A DNA stretch of 64,000 bases from Eledone cirrhosa (Eukaryota): the NCBI GenBank assembly GCA_964016885.1, contig OZ024740.1, positions 85,312,001 to 85,376,000 on the forward strand. Direction: 5' to 3'. Below the pieces are notes generated by a model. The model was not told the origin of the DNA. It worked only from the letters and a program-made list of their open reading frames with translations, and made no database searches. Shown in pieces: positions 14,210 to 29,935 of this stretch; positions within the stretch are counted from its first letter, which is position 1, and each line of letters starts with the position of its first letter. Position numbers and translations under genes: made by a program.

Positions 14210-15300
14210 TATCGGATTTACGTATGGGTTAAGTGGGCTAAAGCCTAGGGCCTCACAACCCAAAGGGATCCGTCCCTCTTTAAACATATCCAAATATATA
14301 TTGAAATATAGTTATGAAATTCGGTATTTTTGTCGATATTTAAAATATTGTAATTGTTATTTTAAATACATTTTTTTCTTTGGATATCACAAATTCTAAA
14401 GGCCAACATGACTCAATGCTGGAATCTAACAATCTTTCTATGTGTAGCTCTACACTCATACACTTTTAATTTCCATTAACCTTTTTGTGAGCATGTGCTG
14501 GTACTCCAGATTTCCTCAATACAGCTATGGACAGTAGTGTGTTATATTTCTGAACAAAATCCTAATAGTTTATAACCTAATTCTCATGTGACTGAGCAAT
14601 TATCATGATACTTAGCTCTCCAGAGCTTATTCTGTTAAAATAGGCAGGTTTATTATTGCAAGCAGTGTACACTCTGTAGAGTTAGCAAGAGTTTCCTAGG
14701 TATACTATGCTGGTTATATAGGTTTGCACCTTGACGGAATCTCTTACAAAGCAATCTTGTTTCTATTATATAACAAGCACGCCAAAATAAACAAAAGTGA
14801 AGAGGTCCGAAATGTAAATCGTATATAGGATTTATATTTTCTAAATAAGGAATGACATAGTTCATTTTCTTTTTGCTGAAAATATATTATCTCTGGGATT
14901 TGAATTCGGATAGGGGAGGAGGTAGGAAACAAGGTATTGGCATTTGAACCAATATTACCAAACCTTCTGTAAATAATAACTAAGTTCTTTTAGAATAAAA
15001 GGGCTACAGTTTTATAGTCGTGATCTGTGTGCCTTACTCAACGGTTTAAGTAGTCTATCAAAAGTAATATTGCTGCAACAAACTATTGTAAACTCGATTG
15101 AGTGGATGTTCATTTTTTGATCCATGACACACATTTGTGGATCATAATTGATACAGTGTCACAATTTATATGGAAGGAAGGAAGAGATTCATGACGTTCT
15201 TGTCCTTTCTTAATGCATTGATGAAATGTAACTGTTTCAACCAGAAATAAAAACTGCATCAAAAACTCGGTTTACCAAGAACCTTTTTTTAAAAACATCG
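14210..15300 (-). mobile_element. Highly degraded hAT-type DNA transposon
   Basis: Subterminal GGGCTAAAGCCTAGGGCCTCA motif; remnant resembling the hAT dimerisation motif (ERL..SIES) near 14410-14445 on -. Confidence 0.4.
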
Positions 15301-16200
15301 GATGTTAGAACTTCGGTTAGAATGTTCTGCTGTATTCCTTCTGGTTCTCTGTGCCATGAGTTCAAATCCTACCGATGGCAGCTTTGACTTTCATCCTTTC
15401 GAGGTCGATAAATATAATATCAGGTTAATACTAGGATGATTCTGCCTTTATACCCCTTTCTCACTTTCTCTTGTTCTTTGTATTTCTTTCTTTGGAAGAA
15501 ATTGGCTGTGTTCCCACCTGGAGATGGACAGGTTGCTAGTTCACTAGGTTTAAATGCCCAGAACACGCTATACACCACGGCGGCACCCTTACACAGAAGT
15601 GAAACAAAGTGTCTTGCTCAAGGACATAACGCATCATCTGGTCTGGTAACCGAACTTGCAACTTTACGATTGCGAATCTAATTCTCTAACCACTAATTTA
15701 CGTACCTTCCCTTTTAAGGAGTAATACAATTGATTAAAGCGACCAAGTACTTCACTAGTACATATTTTATCGACCCGGACCGGTTAAAGTTAAAGTATAA
15801 ACCAGCGGGACATGAACGTAAAACGTAAAGAGATACAAATCACTTTGTATGTCGCGCTACCGTTTTCCTCAAACACTAGTCTTTGTGCGGAGGGTAATTG
15901 ATAAGAGTAAATGTCCTTGTATGAGCTTATGAATAAACAAGAAACAAAAGAACGACAACTAAGTTACTAAAATATTAGTGTATTTAATTTCATTGCTTTT
16001 CAAATTATGGCATGCTGATAAGCTCGACTTGAAGAAAATTGGGCGGCAAATTTGCGTTTTTAATTCGCATGCTGTGAAATAGATTAACGTTAGAGATAAA
16101 TGTAAATGTTATTTCAAAAAGATGATATCGCATTCTCTATATTGCTCTTCTACTACGTAGTCACAGCTAATAGTGTAAATATATATATATTTATATATAT

Positions 16201-16388
16201 ATAGGAAAAAAGAATGACCCCCCGACGGCAGAGCTCAAGCCGTTTCGACAGAAATAGCCGTCGAAACGGCTTGAGCTCTGCCGTCGGGGGTCATACTTTT
16301 TCCTATTAGCCACTCTACTAACCTAAGTATTGAGTACTTCTGGTGCGTTATGGTCCATCTGGTTCCTTACCACAATTCCTTCGTTATA
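16201..16388 (+). mobile_element. Short fold-back element in (TA)n (family F)
   Basis: About 50-bp arms 16201-16250 / 16258-16306 plus a tail; homologues at 21103-21297 and 49681-49820. Confidence 0.8.
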
Positions 16389-16393
16389 TACGA

Positions 16394-16446
<53 letters not shown>

Positions 16447-16796
16447 ATGCACACACATTATGCATGTATGTATGTAAAGGGTAAACAGAAATAACAAAAA
16501 TAACAAAACAAACGACACAGTATATGGAAGAAATATATATTATGTGTGTGTGTCCTTGTGTGTGTGTCTGTATGTAGGTGTGTATATATAAGTGTGTGTG
16601 AATATATGTGTATGTATGTATATGTGTGTGCGAGGGTGTGAATGTGTGATAAGAATCTATCGATGTCGTATCTACCGGAAAGAAAGATAAGTCGATTTAT
16701 CCGGGATAACCCGGGATAACTGTATGACACACGAAAATAACTGATTGTTACAGTGTGTCAATTAATTAATTGTTCGATTTTGAAGGAAATGTGAAG

Positions 16797-17363
16797 AGAA
16801 GGCAACGACAACGTATGGACACCATACAGATGACAACGACAACGTATGGACACCATACAGAAGGCAACGACAACGTATGGACACCATACAGAAGACAACG
16901 ACAACGTATGGACACCATACAGAAGACAACGACAACGTATGGACACCATACAGAAGGCAACGACAACGTATGGACACCATACAGAAGACAACGACAACGT
17001 ATGGACACCATACAGAAGGCAACGACAACGTATGGACACCATACAGAAGGCAACGACAACGTATGGACACCATACAGAAGACAACGACAACGTATGGACA
17101 CCATACAGAAGGCAACGACAACGTATGGACACCATACAGAAGACAACGACAACGTATGGACACCATACAGAAGGCAACGACAACGTATGGACACCATACA
17201 GAAGGCAACGACAACGTATGGACACCATACAGAAGACAACGACAACGTATGGACACCATACAGAAGACAACGACAACGTATGGACACCATACAGAAGACA
17301 ACGACAACGTATGGACACCATACAGAAGACAACGACAACGTATGGACACCATACAGAAGACAA
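16797..17363. repeat. 31-bp minisatellite, 18 copies plus a partial
   Basis: Unit AGAAG(G/A)CAACGACAACGTATGGACACCATAC with internal hairpin GTATGG-ACA-CCATAC. Confidence 0.95.
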
Positions 17364-17580
17364 TAATTGTTTCTACTTTAGGCACAAGGCCAGCAATTTG
17401 AGAGGAGGGGGAAAGTCGATTAAATCGACCACAGTACACATTGGTGCTTTTATCGACTACGTAAGGATGAAAAGCAAAGCTAACCTCAGCGGGATATGAA
17501 CTCAGAACGTAAAGGGCCATAACTCCCTGCTGTGAATCATGGTGTCCGATGCTCTACCGATAGTGCCAACCTATCACCCT
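17362..17580 (-). mobile_element. SINE family A abutting the minisatellite
   Basis: Tail AATAATTGTTTCTACTTTAGGCACAAGGCC and core on - strand. Confidence 0.85.
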
Positions 17581-17612
17581 AGATACAGATAAAAAATATC
17601 CAGGAATAATAT

Positions 17613-17960
17613 AGGAAGGTCGGTTGAAAAGTTCATAGGCTGACTAAGATACTCTCATGGAATGTGACCAAATGAGGTTTATTTATCAACATAGTTCCCC
17701 GTGCGGTCCAAACACTTCTTCCATCAATGTAACAGTGCTTGAATCCCATCGGCCAAGCTTTCATCTTGTTGGTAAAAAAAGTCATCGACAGCAGATATGA
17801 CGTCATCATCCCTGCGATACTGATTACCAGCCAACTGATTTTTTTTATGTTGGAGAACAGATGGGGCCAAATCAGAATAAGGTGGCGGGGGGGGGGTCAA
17901 CCAGTTCAAAGCCACAATCACGCACAGCAGCCATTGAAACCAAGGACCTGTGTGCTACCA
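17613..17960 (-). mobile_element. Mariner transposase C-terminal remnant with TIR
   Basis: 'PPYSDLAPS...KKNQLAGNQYRRDDDVISAVDDFFYQQDES...GIQALLH' corresponds to the mariner YSPDLAPSD region. Confidence 0.85.
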
Positions 17961-18059
17961 CTTTTATAGAAATCTCTATGTATGTATTATTAAAAGAGAT
18001 AGTCGCCACTATATTTATTGTATGATTCTAGCTGATAGCCAGTTTAGCTCACCTATATT

Positions 18060-18440
18060 GCAACGCAATCTCATTTACCTTCATAGAATAGATCTGAAGT
18101 CTTTTAGCAATGGTAGAAATTAGAGAATTGGGAGATAAAGTTGGGAGAAATAAGAGAGAAAAGTGGAGCGGTTACGTTTGTGTAGGAAAAACATTATGCG
18201 AGCAACGTTAAGAGATTGATAGAAAAGACAGTTTAAAGACTGTTTGCAATGCTGAATTTGCAAATTGCACTTTTGTCAAATCAATCATATGCGGTAGATG
18301 CATCAGGGGATATAAGAGAATACTGAGGCGGCGCATATCAAGACTTTGTAGAGCTGTTCACAGATAAAATAATTTTGGCTCTAGGAAACGAATCCACGAA
18401 TGCAGTTTTAGCTACATTGAATAAGGTGATTTATTGCAAA
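18060..18440 (-). mobile_element. Degraded CR1/Jockey-like LINE 3' remnant
   Basis: Coding-like composition resembling LINE 3' ends; a similar remnant lies at 38380-38650 (+). Confidence 0.3.
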
Positions 18441-19064
18441 GCAGTTGTCTATACAGGGTGAGTCATAAGTCAATGCGTTTTTATTGCAAGTTTCACAGAT
18501 AACGTTTTGAACATCCTCTTAACTGTGTGTGTTCAGCCATGTTTTGTGCTTTTTTTTATATATTTCAAACTACGTTTGTTTGATGTATTTATAGTTCCGT
18601 ACTGTATGACAGCGAATTTTAGTAAATATTATCATTTGGAATATAAATGTTGGATTTTCCGGTTACTTATGACAAACCCAGTACATGCCAGCCTTCTCTG
18701 CCGATGTAGTTAACGAGAAAGGTGAAGGTCGATGCTGGCTGGCACCAATCTCATCGCAATTCTGTTTCTTTTCCAGTTGAGTGGACCGGAGCATCATGAA
18801 ATAAAGAATCTTACTTAGGGACATAACGCGCCGCCCAGTTCAGGAATCAAACACATCACTAAGGTTGTGAGCCCAACACCTTAGCCACAAAACAACACAC
18901 CTTCATGCATGTTACTAGATTGCTATACTACTGTATGGCATATATTAAATGTTGATATCTATAACAAGCTTGGTCATGTTATTATTTTGCCTTTACACAT
19001 TTTTCTTATTCAGTTGTTCTGATTGGCTTTTGTTGTTTTTATCACTCACACGCACACACACACG

Positions 19065-19175
<111 letters not shown>

Positions 19176-20374
19176 AAAACAAACTAACATTGTGAAACAA
19201 TAACAAGCATTTATTTCATCAATAATGTTATAACACTTTTTTTTTACCCACGGTTAAATATATTTCTAATCAACTTAACACCACAATCGAAATCAACACT
19301 TCTAGTTTATTAGATTCTTAAAATTAACTAAATGACTAACCTTTTTACTTTCAACATGTCAAAATATGAAACTTCAAAATTTAAGTCTACAACACTTACC
19401 ATCATTTTTAGCTTCCATTTTTATTGCTGTGAGAAATACATTAAACTAATTATTAATTTGAAAATTGAAATACGAAACGATGTTGTAGTTCGTGGTTTGC
19501 TTATTTTGTAAAGGCATTAATAAAAGAATTTTCCTCTAAATCGAAATTGGGTCATACCTCAATTAGGTTGGATCTCATACAGCCGACTAATGCACATTAA
19601 CAGCAAATGGTTAAATTAATAAAATGTACGATATAGTTATTTACTCAATTGAATGCAGACATGCTGGGATACAGCCTTGAAGAGATTTAATCGATCTCAA
19701 CGATGACAGAGCATATCTATTTAAAGTCTAGTACATATTTTATCGATATCATTTTATAGCGAATGTGATATTTTTGTCGAGCTGCTAGGTTACGGGGTGT
19801 TAACAAACACAGACACAATCAAATACACACACACATAAACATTTCCGGTTGCTTTCCACCGGTATAGGTTGAAAAAGTTGGTCCTCCAAGCCAATGAAAC
19901 GTACGTTCCTGGTATGGCTCCGTTGCATATAAGCTGTTTTTGCGCTCAGTTTCCGTGTACCAAATCTCTCTCACAAGTCAATTAGAGACTATCGTAGGAG
20001 ACGCACACACCATGGCACTGAACTCGATACCACATAACTGCAAAGCGAATTCCTTAACCACATAGTCACGTTCATATTTGCATATTTTTCTTCTTCATAT
20101 ACATAAATTATCAGAATGTTTACAATGTCGTTATTAAGGTTAAAATTACACTGAAGAAAATATGGATAATTTGCTGACCCCTGACTTAAAATTTCTGCAA
20201 AATACACAATAAACGGGGAATACATTCACTCCTTAAGTGATACAAAGAGGTAGGCAGTAAAGTAGCAGGTTTCGTGCTAATAGAGATTACAGTACCTAGC
20301 TAGGAGACTTAACATATACGTATTGTATTACACACAACCACACACATACATACATATACATACAAACAGAGAGA

Positions 20375-20471
<97 letters not shown>

Positions 20472-20536
20472 GGATAGGTATAGCTGCATAGATTCATATT
20501 CCATACTGGTACGCATATGCGTACTTAAATGTATGC

Positions 20537-20582
<46 letters not shown>

Positions 20583-20599
20583 TTTTATTTCATTCCTTT

Positions 20600-20855
20600 T
20601 ATTTTGATCCTGCTTTATTTTTATTTTTATTTTTATTTTTAATTTCATTCGCACCGTTTCCTTTCGCTATATGTCTCTCCACCACTCCCCAACACACCCT
20701 TTGAACTCTGTTCCCACACACTTCTCACCTGAGGAAGGGCTTATGCCCGAAACGTCGTTCCCCACCACCACCCCACTCCACTCTCCAGAGCGTGAAATTA
20801 ATAAACATTCGTTGTACTGCCTCCCTGTTTTGTTCCTGTTCAAATTTTTCCATTA
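20600..20855 (+). mobile_element. PLE pLTR-like repeat with variant HHR (20726-20758)
   Basis: CTGAGGA-A-GGGC TTAT GCCC-GAAACGTC; direct repeat of 22100-22380; ends in (TA)n. Confidence 0.75.
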
Positions 20856-20934
20856 TATATATATATATATACTCTTTTACTCTTTTACCTGTTTCAGCCA
20901 TCCGGCTGAGGCCATGCTGGGGGACGGCCATTGC

Positions 20935-20979
<45 letters not shown>

Positions 20980-21070
20980 TTCTACAGGACTAGAACTGTT
21001 TCATTCTTTAGAAATCATCAGGAATCTGGCTGTCCAAAATAAATGTTGTGGTATTTATATCTTTTCAGGT

Positions 21071-21102
<32 letters not shown>

Positions 21103-21106
<4 letters not shown>

Positions 21107-21297
21107 AACCAGTAAGACCCTGACGGATGAGCTCAAGCCGTTTCGACGGCTAATTAGCCGTCGAATTAGCCATCGAAACGGCTTGAGCTCAGCCGTCGGG
21201 GTCTTACTGGTTCATATTACCCACTCAACTACCCTAAGTATTGAGTACTTTGGTGCGTTATGGTCCACCTGGTTCCTTACCACATTTCCTTCGTTAT
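21103..21297 (+). mobile_element. Fold-back element family F
   Basis: Arms meet at palindrome TTCGACGGCTAATTAGCCGTCGAA (21142-21165); flanked by (TA)n. Confidence 0.8.
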
Positions 21298-21392
21298 CTC
21301 TATATATATATATAGAACCACACACACCCTTCTCTCCCCGCTCCACCCACACCCCCGCTCCACACTCACTCATCCCACTAACACCCCTACTA

Positions 21393-21429
<37 letters not shown>

Positions 21430-22099
21430 CCTCACTCCAACTCTCACACCTACCCATTCTCGCCTCCCTACCATTCCACCGATTGCTGCTATGCCCTTCC
21501 GACCACCTCTCAGCACCAACTGACCACAGCACTCCCACTGCTGACCACTTCCTGTTGCGCGCGTACCCCACATCTCTCCTCTTCCGACCACCGCTTCTTG
21601 GATTACCCACACGCGAAATTGACTTCTAACCAAATCTCCAAACATCCGTGGAAATTACCAACTTTTCAACCATCCTCTTACGCCATCACCTATATAACCC
21701 CCCCCCCCCCAAAAAAAAATTTTTTTTTTTTCTCCACACGCCACCCACACCCACAACTCACTTAAACCACACACACGTGCTTCCCACCACATATTTACAC
21801 CCTCAGCCTCCTGATTCCTCTCCCCCACCCCCCTATCCACACACGCACAGACACTCCGACCCCCCCCCACAACCTCTTCCTGAACATGCAACCCCGTTCT
21901 TCCCCAACCCTCACTTTCACATACACACATACACACACACGCACACCTAACCACACACACCACCTTCAGCCCTCCCCGCTCGGACACCCCGTCTCCCTCT
22001 CCCCACTCCACCCGCCACCACCCCTACTCACCCCACACCCTTCCACCACCTGTTTACCCCCCTTTTAATTTCAGTTTATTTTGATAATGCCTTTATTTT

Positions 22100-22377
22100 T
22101 AAATTTTCTCATTCCTTGTATTTTGATCATGCTTTATTTTTATTTATTATATTTTTTGTCTTTATTTGTTAATTTTTCATTCGCACCATTTCCTTTCGCT
22201 ATATGTCTCTCCACCACTCCCCTACACACCTTTTGAACTCTGTTCCCACACACTTCTCACCTGAAGAAGGGCTTATGCCCGAAACGTCGTCCCCCACCTA
22301 CCCCCCACTCTCCTAAGCGTGAATTTAATAAACATTTATTGTACTGCCTCTGTTCTGTCCCTGTTCAAATTTTTCAT

Positions 22378-22380
<3 letters not shown>
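22100..22380 (+). mobile_element. PLE pLTR-like repeat with variant HHR (22258-22290)
   Basis: CTGAAGA-A-GGGC TTAT GCCC-GAAACGTC; preceded by C-rich 3'-UTR-like sequence 21310-22070. Confidence 0.75.
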
Positions 22381-22450
<70 letters not shown>

Positions 22451-22463
22451 GTGTATGTGTATG

Positions 22464-22562
<99 letters not shown>

Positions 22563-22650
22563 ATGTATATGTATGTATATATGTATATATATATATATGT
22601 ATAATGTGTATATGTATATATATATGTATATATATATATATGTGTATGTG

Positions 22651-22703
<53 letters not shown>

Positions 22704-22705
<2 letters not shown>

Positions 22706-23650
22706 CGTTTCTGAATTTGTTTAGCAAGATTCTTTATCTGAAATCGTGTGTTGAAACCGATATTGTTATACTTTGGGAGGGTCATGTTGCCAATAAGAAA
22801 CACACGCACCAGTTGCTTTCACTTCAATTTATTATAATAAATTTATAAATTTCTGGTTGGTTGGTTGGTTCCACAACCAGATAGTTGTTTATATATTGTC
22901 ATAGTTCTTTCGTCACACACTCTGTGACCTCTTCAGTGACTGGGGATTCCTTTCTTTGTTTTTGTGCCTCTCCTTTGTTCTGTCCTACGCCATTTTGTTT
23001 CTCTGTGTGTGTTGTGTGCTCAGTCTGCGCATGCGCCACATCCGGGTGTCTGTGTGTGTTTATGTTCATTTATTTATTTGTTTATTTACATGTTACTGGT
23101 TGGTTGTTTGTTCTATGTGTGTGTGTGTTTTAATTTTGTCCTTAATTGTAAGTTGTGATGTTGCTGTTCCACTCATATTTTCTATTTAATTTTGGTTGTA
23201 ATTTTTTTATGTTTATTGCCTCTGTGATTTGTCTAAACATTGCGTCTTTTCTGTGTGTAGATTCTCTTTTTATTTCTATGTTCTCTAATTTACCCTTGTG
23301 TTCTATTTTAGCATGTTGGTAGAGTACAGATGATTCTTTACTATCTGGAAGGTCTCGCCAGTGTTCATTTATCCGTTCCCCTACACTACGAGCTGTCTCA
23401 CCTATGTACACTATATAGAGGTGAATTAGCTTACAAATTTAGAAGGGCCCTAGATAAACATAAACTCAATATTAAGATAGTAGAAAGAACAGGTACCTCC
23501 GTAAAAACACTTATTAGCAAGACATACCCTTTTCAAAGACCCTCATGTATAGATAAGAAATGTATAACCTGTAAAATAAGCCCCCATATTAACTGTAAAA
23601 CTAGAAATGTAGTGTATAGCATAAGATGTACTGAAGGACAATGTAGAGAC

Positions 23651-23659
<9 letters not shown>
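22704..23659. mobile_element. PLE 3' end (GIY-YIG endonuclease + 3' UTR + HHR) with inverted 5' segment
   Basis: - strand 23411-23142 '[17 protein letters not shown]...QITEAINIKKLQPKLNRKYEW'; + strand 23412-23659 'CIDKKCITC...[21 protein letters not shown]'; both ends in (TA)n. Confidence 0.9.
22898..22940 (-). ncRNA. Minimal type-I hammerhead ribozyme
   Basis: On - strand: GTCA-CTGAAGA-G-GTCAC AGAGTGT GTGAC-GAAA-GAAC-TA-TGAC. Confidence 0.8.
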
Positions 23660-25120
<1,461 letters not shown>

Positions 25121-25182
25121 TTGGTAAAAGGAAAAGAAAATGCTGACAAATTGTTCCCAGTGAAAAATAGTTTAATTAGGAA

Positions 25183-26192
25183 CTAGCAGTAAAGCCCGGC
25201 GTTGCTCGGGGTCGCTCAGTAGCTGTGTTAAAGTTACAATGTTAAGTTTCTTTCTTGGCTTAAAAACTGTAGTGTCTACTGTGCAGACTTGCATGTGGTG
25301 TTTTTGATTAATATTCCCTCAACCAACAATATGCCTTATGAAGTTAAGAAAACATAACGATAACCCGAATGTTATAACAAAAGAGGATGCTGGGGATAGA
25401 AACTGCACTGGTTATTTATTAACAAAGATCGAAAATGTAAACACTGCAACGCAGAGAAAAACATTAGCATAACCAAATTATCAGTTATGTCTGTCTGCAC
25501 GCCTATATCACCTCTCTGCACGACTGTCTGTCTGCACGCCTATATCACCTCTCTGCACGACTGTCTGTCTGCACGCCTATATCACCTCTCTGCACGACTG
25601 TCTGTCTGCACGCCTATATCACCTCTCTGCACGACTGTCTGTCTGCACGCCTATATCACCTCTCTGCACGACTGTCTGTCTGCACGCGTATATCACCTCT
25701 CTGCACGACTGTCTGTCTGCACGCCTAACGACGAAATATTTGCTTGTTTTACGTAGTCTTTAAATAGACTTGTTTTCAAGTAAAAATATTGTTTTAAAAT
25801 GCTTTTAAATGGAAATGAAGCAAAACGGAAGCTTAGTGTTCGAACTGATGAATTTTGCAGGTCAATATTTTGCTGGCTCGACAACTGTCTGTTCGTGTAT
25901 TGTGTTAATGTCATTTTAAACGCTGAGAAAGCCAGCGTAATTTTTTACGTAAGACGCTCAATGTAAACAGAACAAAGGGAAATAACTGATAACTTACGCT
26001 CAAAAATCGATACATTATATTCGATTTCGTCACATAGGGTGGGTCAATTTGAAATATTTTTTTTCCGATGTCTTCGCTAGGGCTCAATGTACAAGTCTAG
26101 CAATTTCGGTGCAATTCCGTGAGAGATTCTAAGAGGAGATGTGTGCCAAAAATCGATAGACAGACAGACAACCACAGTTTTATATATATAGA
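25183..26192 (-). mobile_element. Non-autonomous Helitron (Lep1-like architecture)
   Basis: On - strand: 5' TCTATATATATAAAA, (CTGT)n near the 5' end, 3' hairpin CCCGAGCAACGCCGGG, CTAG end; inserted between A and T with no TSD. Confidence 0.85.
25488..25726. repeat. 37-bp minisatellite inside the Helitron (about 6.4 copies)
   Basis: Unit TGTCTGTCTGCACGCCTATATCACCTCTCTGCACGAC. Confidence 0.93.
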
Positions 26193-26314
26193 TAAGTAAA
26201 AATTAGTAATAAGTATTGGTTAGTATTCAGTTTCAGTTTTAAGTTTTTACCGGTTGCGCATTTCTAATGCTTTTCAAAAATAATTTTGAGATAGAGCGCC
26301 CGTGATGTTTGCTC

Positions 26315-26538
<224 letters not shown>

Positions 26539-26735
26539 TTGTATGCATATATATATATATATACATATATGTGTGTATGTATATATATATATATGCATAT
26601 ATAATATGTATATATTATGGAATACTGTTGGCTTTTCGCTACAATGTTTTCTATACCTTTCATTTATATATATATGCATGTATGTATGTGTGTGTGTATG
26701 TGGACCGCACAACTTACCGTGGATATCTCTGTGTG

Positions 26736-27072
<337 letters not shown>

Positions 27073-27103
27073 TAATAACTTGTGTGTTACACCTCTATTC
27101 TTT

Positions 27104-27162
<59 letters not shown>

Positions 27163-27231
27163 GCATGTATATGTATATATATGTATATACATGTATGTAT
27201 GTGTGTGTGTATATATATGTATGCATACATG

Positions 27232-27263
<32 letters not shown>

Positions 27264-27275
27264 TGTATGTGTATG

Positions 27276-27369
<94 letters not shown>

Positions 27370-27689
27370 GTATATATTTGTGTATGTGTATTTATGTATT
27401 TTGTATATGTGTATATCTGTAGATGTGTTTGTATGTGTTTGTATATGTGTACATATATATATATATGTGTGTGTGTGTGTGTATGTGAAGTTGTCTGTTG
27501 ACACCTGAAATATAGCTTAAGAGAAACATGACAATAATGATAGGCACCCAATATTTGAACTGGTTTATAGAATTCTCTTGGCCTTTGTCACTCTATAGTT
27601 GTCACTCTAAGTAGAGCTTTAAAGAATTAGCTTTTAATGAATTCCCTTTTCTTTCAACCAATGACCTCCACCCATCCCACTCCCCCCTC

Positions 27690-27873
27690 TCCTACCACCT
27701 GAAAAGATATAAATACCACAACATTTATTTTGGAGAGCCAGATTGCTGATGATTTCTAAAGAATTAAACAGTTCTAGTCCTGTAGAATCGCATCTATATT
27801 AAAACTTTTATACTCTGCTATGTATTGAGTACCTTATTTACTGTGGTTATCTCCGATTTAACCCGGAATAACT

Positions 27874-27878
<5 letters not shown>
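27690..27878 (+). mobile_element. PLE-type tail with degenerate HHR (27741-27780); partial inverted homologue at 20976-21075
   Basis: GATTG-CTGATGA-TTTC TAAA GAAT-(G/T)AAACAGTTC-TAGTC; ends in (TA)n. Confidence 0.55.
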
Positions 27879-27922
<44 letters not shown>

Positions 27923-28006
27923 AACACACTCACACAGATACATACATACACTCACGTAAGCAGACACACGCACAAACACACATACACACTTACACACACA
28001 CACACA

Positions 28007-28038
<32 letters not shown>

Positions 28039-28583
28039 TGTATATATATAATACACAGGATAAGCCCCTTTGATTTATCACCCTCTGTCTTATATACAGT
28101 ATATATATATATTTACATATATATATATATATATAGTAATAATAATAAATTTGAAGACTAAAATCCAAAGAGGGCTCGATAAGGATAAATATATATCAAA
28201 TATATAAGAACCGTAGAGCAGAGGGTGATAACTCAAAGGTGCTAATCCCGTGTATTTGGATAATTAAGCCACAGGGTGGTGCACTGAATTCCATTCATGA
28301 TAAACTCCTATTTAAAAAAAAACAACATCCGTCAAATTAGAAAACGAAAAACAAAACATCTGGAGATAACTGTTAGAGATTCTTAAGGGGAAGTGGACAT
28401 AATTGTAAGAAATCAAGAATAAATTCTCGAATACTTTAACATACAAGAGAAAGGACAGTTTGATTTTTCTTGCAAATAAAAGACACCTATGTACATATGT
28501 TCCAGTCTGCTACATTTAGATTGGGAATTACATTTTTACACACAGAAACGTATTGGCAGGGGTGGGGTATGCATGTATGTATG

Positions 28584-29021
28584 TTATCTCTTTCTCTTAA
28601 TTTCGAGTATATTTTTTTGACCGGCCACCTTCCTGGTGGCAAGGTTGTAAAAGAAAAGAAATTGTCATCCCTTGAATCGCAAGAATGTTTTGCAAATTTT
28701 GAAGGTGCCAGCTATCGCAGCCATTTGTAGACTCTGAATTAGGGAGCTGCGCTCTTTGTCCACAAATCCAAGTTCAGTCATACTTTGGTCCAAGCGGGTT
28801 GGTATATAACCCATAGCTCCAATAATGATGCGTATGAAGCTAAAGCTGTATCTTGGATACTGGATTTGTAAACTCCTCATCAATGGTGCGTAGATGTCCT
28901 CCTTCTCCTGTATTTTTCTGACAACGTTTAAATCAAGTGGGCAGCTGATCTCCACAACACAACACGTTTTCAATGTGTGGTCCCAAACAACAATATCAGG
29001 CCGGTTGTGCTTTAATTTGGT
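28584..29021 (-). mobile_element. R4/Dong-like non-LTR retrotransposon 3' end (restriction-like endonuclease)
   Basis: 'KHNRPDIVVWD...VVEISCPLDLNV..K..EK..Y' PD-(D/E)xK motif; bounded by (CATA)n on both sides. Confidence 0.85.
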
Positions 29022-29476
29022 GTATGTATGTATGTATGTATGTATGTATGTATGTATGTATGTATGTATGTATGTATGTATGTATGTATGTATGTATGTA
29101 TGTATGTATGTATATGTATTATGTCTGTCTGTATGTATGTATGTGTTGATATAATGATATATATAGAGAAAGATAGTTGGGATGAAAATGAAAGCGCATG
29201 GTTCCAGATTCAAACCTAAAACGTATGTAACCATAGTTATCTTCTTTCACGCAGTGTGAGGGAATATGTACAGCAGAAACTGTGTCGTATGTGATGCTCA
29301 GTTTACCTGAAGATTGCGTTAATAGTAGAAATGTCTATGAAATATTCCCTTACATAGTACATTGAGTAGATACTTCAGATGAAAGGTGAGATTTATTGAT
29401 ACATAGAAGACAAAACAGTGTCTCTGACTAAGTTTTAGAGTACGACATATATATAAATATATATATATATATGTTT

Positions 29477-29556
<80 letters not shown>

Positions 29557-29935
29557 TTTTGAATTAAAAGATTCCACCCATCTTCTTCCGTTCTGTCGGC
29601 TTATACGCCCGTTATTTTAAAACTATTTTATTTAGTCAAAGTTACGCTGAAACTTCCTCCTCCTCCTCCTTCTCCTTCTTCTTCTTCTTCTTCTTCACCC
29701 ATATATTCCTGAGAGGGTCATGGGGCAGAGTCCTCAAACACTCCTTCCAGCTGGTCCTGTCAGAAGCAACCTTTTCCAACTAATCGGTTGGACCTCCAAG
29801 CGAGACAAACTAAGCTCATGGATGTTATCCAACTATCTTGCTCGAGGTCTACCCCTGGGTCTCCTGCCGGTTAGTTTTGCCCGTAAAATCTGTCCAGTGA
29901 TTCTTTCCTGAGACATTCCAACCACATGCCTATAA

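Noticed and set aside
16758-17520. CRISPR-like array or six-frame repetitive ORFs
   Set aside because: Contiguous 31-bp units with no unique spacers, no cas genes, eukaryotic context; frames are open only because the unit lacks stops
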